Part shown: positions 59,194 through 64,000 of the stretch, one piece after another
Numbering within the stretch: the stretch's first letter is position 1
How the letters are laid out: each line of letters starts with the position of its first letter
Origin: Lingula anatina
Taxonomy: Eukaryota > Animalia > Brachiopoda
Direction: 5' to 3'
DNA: 64,000 nucleotides
Assembly (NCBI GenBank): GCA_051362555.1
Contig: CM120649.1
Coordinates: 1,116,001-1,180,000 of the forward strand
The notes under the pieces: model-generated
What the model was told of the DNA's origin: nothing
Databases searched by the model: none
The model's input: the letters and a program-made list of their open reading frames with translations, nothing else
Program-made: the position numbers and the translations under genes

Positions 59194-62101
59194 AGGCTAC
59201 AGCCCTGAATCTATTAAGTGTCTATAAGTGGATAAGACGGCAAGCTTCGTAGTGGGTCGCCATATTTGACCCTTGGAGTAACTAGTCCACTGTTCTGAAT
59301 GTGGCCTTATTACCTCCGCCAAGGAGGTTATGTTTTCACACCTGTTTGTCTGTTTGTTTGTCTGTCTGTCATCAACATAACTCAAAAAGTTATGGTCCAA
59401 CTTTGATGAAATTTTCAGGAACTGTCAGAAGTGGGCCAAGGAAGAGATGATTAGTTTTGGTGGTGATCCGAATCAATAATCAATAATAATCAAAAATCGT
59501 TGCCTTGGCGGAGGTTTGCACTCTCATACTACAGATCCAATTTACATCACAAAGGTTTTGTAACTATGTCTGTTCTACAGCTTAACACCCTGATAATGAC
59601 GCAATCAGTTTACTCTAATCTAATACTGGGACATGAAGTAGCCATATAAAAACATTTTCACTGACCAATGTCCACTCATCCTCTACAGCAGTGAACTGGT
59701 CCACCACAGCCCTGTGATGCCAGTCCTTGACCCGTAAGTCGTTGAAATGCGTGACGATATCCCCTACTTGTAATGCTTGACTACCACTCTGCGCAAGCCT
59801 ATGAAAGAAAAGAAGAAAATAATAATCAGACATGAGCTTAGGTTTAAAAAAACCTCTGAAGATTTATCATTTTCTTGCAGATTTTGAATCTCATGAACCA
59901 TCAGAATTGAATTAAAGAATGTGGAATTCCACATTTCCATGGAAAACGCTCATGTCTGATAATATATATTCAACTTTCTTCAATGTTTCAGCAATGTTTA
60001 GCAGATGAGGGGAGACAGGCTAAGAAGGCCAAAATTGTTTAATTGAAAAAGCGTAGCACTCTAAGCTAGGTGTCTCTTCTGGTGTTTTGTAGACATTGTG
60101 TGTATTTCAGCTGCCAATAATACAGGATCTGAACTCTCAACGGAATTTTTTTTCCAAATAAAATGAGATTGTCTTAACTACACCCTGTCAACACTGCTGA
60201 AAGTTGTCAACACTGCTGAAAACTGAAAATCCTGAAAATTTATGCATGTCAATATATCAACACAGAGTAAAATTATTTATTAGCTAACAAGTTTTAAAAT
60301 TTCAGGTTAACATATTATCTGATAACCTACGTCTACGGTAAAAACTTTAAAATTTAGTCTGTCTTGATAATTTTGTCAGAGGTCAATTCTCCATAATTTA
60401 TTTTTACTTTGAAAATTTCGTCAAACTTGAAAATGGGCCCCTCAATGATTTTGATAAGTTCGTCACGTAATATGGCTATGTTTGATTCCCGCATTAAAAA
60501 TTTTTTTAATATTAATTAATTTCTAGGTGACGAAATTTTCAAGTTTTTACAGTAAGATGTACATGTGTGTGCTCACACACAAGCATACACGCACATACAT
60601 GTCAATTAAGCACAATACTCAAATAACTCACCAAGCGTAAATCAATCCGTCTTCTGGTATGGACGCTATAATATGCTGACCATCCTCATCCATTCCAATC
60701 TCCAAACCAAGGAGATGGTGCTCTCTGTCCAGTGATGACCTGTGTTTAGGGTGCTGGACATACAACTGACTCTGTAAAACTTCAGCTTCCTCTTCAATCT
60801 ATTATGATAAATATGAAAGTTATATAAGGCACAGTGAATGTGTGGAGAAGTTGAACAGCGTATGTACAGATCTCCTTATAGTAATCAGTCCTGCTAGATG
60901 CCAAAATTGATAAGACAGAAGTGATTGGTGAGTGCAACTGATCCTAATTTTTAGGAAATCAGAAGTTTTCTTTACACCTAATTTCTTTACTAAAAATGCA
61001 TAGCGTACAAGTAAAAAAACAACAACAGAAAGCAAAAAAAAAAAAAAAGAAAAAAAGACCACCCTGAGAATGATCTCCTATACACCTTAAACATCAAATG
61101 TGAAAAAAAAATCATCTACCAACTGTTTTCTTAAGATTCCTGCTCATTTACCAGCTTATCAATTTTTTTCAGGCCTGGCAAATAATTTTCTACTGAATAG
61201 TACATTTGAAAAACCATATGATATTTTAAAATAAAATATCATTTGTAGTTGAGCATTATACAATGTTATCATTAATTCCTTACGTTAACAGATTCTTCAT
61301 CAATATTAATCAAAATTACAACAATGCTTTATAAAAAAAAAACCTCATCACTACTGCTGGATTCCAAAGAGCTTGGACAACTGGTATTTTGGCTACTGAC
61401 CTCTAGTGAAGAGTCGTAGCCACTTTCGTCAGCATTTTTTGCGTTGTCTGTAAAAGAGTCAATAAAAATATTCAAATAACAATTGGCAAAATGACACTTT
61501 AGTTGCCTAGACCACAACTTTGGACTCGGTGCCTGATCAAGAAAGAGAAACAAGAAAAGAGGGGAAAATGAAATATTGAAATACTGCAAAACTGCAAAAT
61601 TGAAATCAGAATTTCAGAAATAATAAAATTCTGATTTATGAATTGGTTTATAGTCACCAAAACATATCAAGATTTTCCTCCCTCCTGTTTCTTTTTGTCA
61701 TCCCACAATATTCAAATACACATGTAATGGAGGAAGAGAATAAATCACACCATTTTGTTGACAGTGCAAATATATATATATACTCACTGTACACAGTATA
61801 TATATTCAATACCCTATCATTTGCGTATGTTATTAATACAAGTGCATATGCTACAAGTACAAGTGGCAATGAAAATAAAAGGTTTGTACATTTTATATTC
61901 TATGCAATATTTGGGGGGTATGTAAGATTCCTTTAATTCTCACCTTCTTGTTATTAATGACATTTTAATATATGTAATAATAATTATATAACTTACTGTT
62001 ACAAGACACTCCGTGATACACTCACCTTTATCAGTCAAATTCACATAAGTTTCTAAGGTTTCCCCTACATGCTGTGACTCACAATCATCAACTAAATCCA
62101 T
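55013..62101 (-). CDS. PDZ-domain plus putative IL-1-like beta-trefoil protein, 386 aa, no signal peptide
   Basis: complement(join(55013..55066,55560..55657,56352..56466,57164..57303,57979..58173,58439..58517,59666..59798,60632..60798,61344..61447,62026..62101)) = 1161 nt. All introns are GT-AG, phases are consistent, and the frame stays open. PDZ-like: LLGLEIG...IIASIPEDG...LQVGDIVTHFND...HRAVVDQF...TLTVKR. C-terminal segment LFKQHKGPNHSVYLESLIQPDHYVAVTDEGKVFL resembles the IL-1 family signature. The gene model is well supported; the IL-1 assignment is by eye. Confidence 0.78.
55560..55657 (-). CDS. PDZ/IL-1-like coding exon 9
   Basis: DHYVAVTDEGKVFLKEKRRSSEDDPRDFVDDHE. Confidence 0.82.
56051..56232. 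mobile_element. MITE family B copy
   Basis: ggccctattcagaatagggga...tcccctattctgaatggagcc. Confidence 0.8.
56352..56466 (-). CDS. PDZ/IL-1-like coding exon 8
   Basis: ATPAYRVKNNCIKKPDPKLFKQHKGPNHSVYLESLIQP. Confidence 0.85.
57164..57303 (-). CDS. PDZ/IL-1-like coding exon 7
   Basis: [47 protein letters not shown]; phase 1-0. Confidence 0.85.
57979..58173 (-). CDS. PDZ/IL-1-like coding exon 6
   Basis: DDESLDLDITVERKRYF...[32 protein letters not shown]; phase 1-1. Confidence 0.85.
58439..58517 (-). CDS. PDZ/IL-1-like coding exon 5
   Basis: TVKRPLIAKGRKKWDFWNVTFKLIVN; phase 0-1 bridges the neighbouring exons. Confidence 0.8.
58683..59306. mobile_element. MITE family B interrupted by a 444-bp CAGGGC-ended element (58764-59207, TSD AATCT)
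   Basis: Outer TIR ggccacattca.aacagtggacta / tagtccactgttctgaatgtggcc; inner aatct|cagggctgtagcc...ggctacagccctg|aatct. Confidence 0.85.
59308..59525 (+). mobile_element. Short Helentron-like non-autonomous element
   Basis: acctccgccaagg...ccttggcggaggt subTIRs with a (GTCT/GTTT)n tract. Confidence 0.75.
59666..59798 (-). CDS. PDZ/IL-1-like coding exon 4 (PDZ C-half)
   Basis: LAQSGSQALQVGDIVTHFNDLRVKDWHHRAVVDQFTAVEDEWTL. Confidence 0.88.
60632..60798 (-). CDS. PDZ/IL-1-like coding exon 3 (PDZ N-half)
   Basis: IEEEAEVLQ...HHLLGLEIGMDEDGQHIIASIPEDGLIYAW; donor gtgagt. Confidence 0.85.
61344..61447 (-). CDS. PDZ/IL-1-like coding exon 2 (Ser/acidic)
   Basis: DNAKNADESGYDSSLEVSSQNTSCPSSLESSSSDE; phase 1-0; weak donor GTTTTT. 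Confidence 0.7.
62026..62101 (-). CDS. PDZ/IL-1-like coding exon 1
   Basis: MDLVDDCESQHVGETLETYVNLTDK|gtgagt; in-frame TAA upstream of the ATG; exon acceptor at 62199. Confidence 0.7.
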
Positions 62102-62375
62102 GTCTAATAGATACTTCCACTGAATTTAAAAAACAACAGTCTCTTGGTACAATCAGGCAATTGTTTCTTTGGTCCTTTCCGTTGGTCCTGATTTCAAACT
62201 GAAATAGAAATAAATTTCTCACTCTTGAATCCATCCAATCTCTCATTTCATTCGAATAAAAATCATATTCTGATGAATCACACACTTTCAGTATTTGTAC
62301 AGTTTACTTTGAAATTCATGCACTTTCGGTTATCTTGCTTTTAGCTAATCACTTTCCTTTTAATTACTAGCATTT

Positions 62376-62548
62376 CTGGGGTAGCGCTAGCAATTTTTTT
62401 CGCTTAGCCAAATCACCACATTTTCGTCAATTTGTTACCAAAATGGTTATTATTTGGCTAAAACATGTCAAATCAAGCCCTTTTTCTTTAGCCAATTTAA
62501 GTCAGTTTTAGCACTTGGCTAAATTGGCGAGTGTTAGCGCTACCCCAG
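62376..62548. mobile_element. Non-autonomous TIR element (CTGGGG ends, 5-bp TSD CATTT)
   Basis: cattt|ctggggtagcgcta...tagcgctaccccag|cattt. Confidence 0.8.
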
Positions 62549-62908
62549 CATTTCTTTTACATCACTACACATGAACCTGAATTTGTAATTAATATCATTT
62601 TAAGCTCTTTCAGCAATATATACAAGTAACAGTATACATACTGCAATAATGCCAAGTTCTAATCTATAAACTAATGAAGAAAAGAAGATCGTTACATGCA
62701 GTATTATGGAACTAGTGCAATACAGAATATATACTTGAAATTTGGAAACTAAGAGATATGCAAGTAAGCCTGCAAAATTCAGATGGGTAATCTTTTTCCT
62801 GAATTTTTTTTTTTACTCTTTGTTGATCCAACTTGAAAAACAGCATAAAATTCACACAGATTTAATTTTGATTCAGAGCTGCCTGTTCCCTGTGGACAGG
62901 GCACGTAC

Positions 62909-63122
62909 TCTTTTCAAACTCCTCCATCCTCACCCTGCAGGCCTGTAGTATTACAGAAAACACCTGTAGTATTACAGAAAACACCAAAACTAAAATGACG
63001 TACTCACCTCCACTGTTACCAGTTAACAAACACAGAGATATGAGCCTCTCTAGTCCTCTCTCTGCCCGCGCTGATTAAATAGGGAACCCCACTATAGGTT
63101 TATCTTTGCAGGGGACGTCGAC
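62909..63122 (-). other. Probable 5' UTR exons of the PDZ/IL-1-like gene (63008..63122 and 62909..62942)
   Basis: Good splice signals (gccag/gtgagt; ctacag/gtacgt), but the first exon has stops in all three frames. Confidence 0.5.
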
Positions 63123-63543
63123 CTGGCAATAACAAGTAAAGAGTTCAGATAAGATATTGTACATTTGAATATACCCTTGTATTTATACTGCAAAGCAGCA
63201 TTGGGGCTATTACTCACTAAGGATGGTGTAAAATGTTAGTTTCACATAAAATAGGAAGAAAACGTCAAAAGTAATTGTTTCTCATATGAGCTTCCTCCTT
63301 TAATTAAAAATGAAAAAGGATGTTAAGATACTGTGCATTGATTTGGTACACCTCCCCCCCTCCCCCACAATCAATAAACAGTAATGCTGACCAATGTATA
63401 TTTATAGACAAATACGATAGATAATATGACAAATATTTTCATTTCTACAATGTTGATTGGCAACATAAGAAACTGAAGGGGATGACCTTAGGAAAAAAAG
63501 TTAACTGTTTACAAGATTTAGCTCATTTAGTAACTACATGTTC

Positions 63544-63546
<3 letters not shown>

Positions 63547-63617
<71 letters not shown>
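63547..63617. repeat. (TA)n microsatellite (others at ~1829-1905 and ~30644-30704)
   Basis: Direct reading. Confidence 0.95.
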
Positions 63618-63621
<4 letters not shown>

Positions 63622-64000
63622 GAAAAATTAACATTCAAGGTCTGGCTGAATATGCAATATGCCCTTTTGTTTCTTCAAAGAGATCAGCTCTGACCAATTT
63701 TCATACCCTTCCCAGTGATAAAAGAAATATAAACAGTAACATTTACTGATTTTTTCTAAATTACAATTTAGGCTAACTACTATATACAGTACAATAAACG
63801 TGTTAACTGTGTAAATATTAGTTCAATAAAGTATTCTTTGCAACTGTTAAATAAATACAATGAATCAGAAAGAAAGTGAAAATTCATTGGCTTAAAAAAT
63901 CAATTCTAAAACAACCACTAGAAGGTGTACAATGCATGTATCTCGAAGGCAGGAAGCACTTGCAATACATACATGTACATCCCCTTTTGATTTACCAACT

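Overview
AT-rich, intron-rich animal genomic DNA; the repeat landscape looks like a mollusc or other lophotrochozoan, which is my inference. Three spliced protein-coding genes were rebuilt by hand from GT-AG sites and intron phase. (1) + strand, 11538-35482: an extended SDR (NAD(P)-dependent epimerase/dehydratase, DFR/GRE2/aldehyde-reductase-like, ~615 aa). It has long acidic N- and C-terminal tails, two homologous 81-nt alternative exons, and a third decayed copy lying at the end of a Helentron-like insertion. (2) - strand, 53054-41403: a complete 17-exon TM9SF2 (654 aa) with tandemly amplified splice sites: 13 copies of one acceptor and 3 copies of one donor. (3) - strand, 62101-55013: a 10-coding-exon, 386-aa protein with no signal peptide, a PDZ-like domain, and a C-terminal domain that aligns by eye with the IL-1 beta-trefoil. 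This candidate invertebrate IL-1-like cytokine is the most interesting item. Introns and intergenic DNA hold many MITEs (TWA-, TTAA- and 5-bp-TSD families), Helentron-like elements, minisatellites and microsatellites. No rRNA, tRNA or CRISPR was seen. All family assignments are by eye, without database searches.
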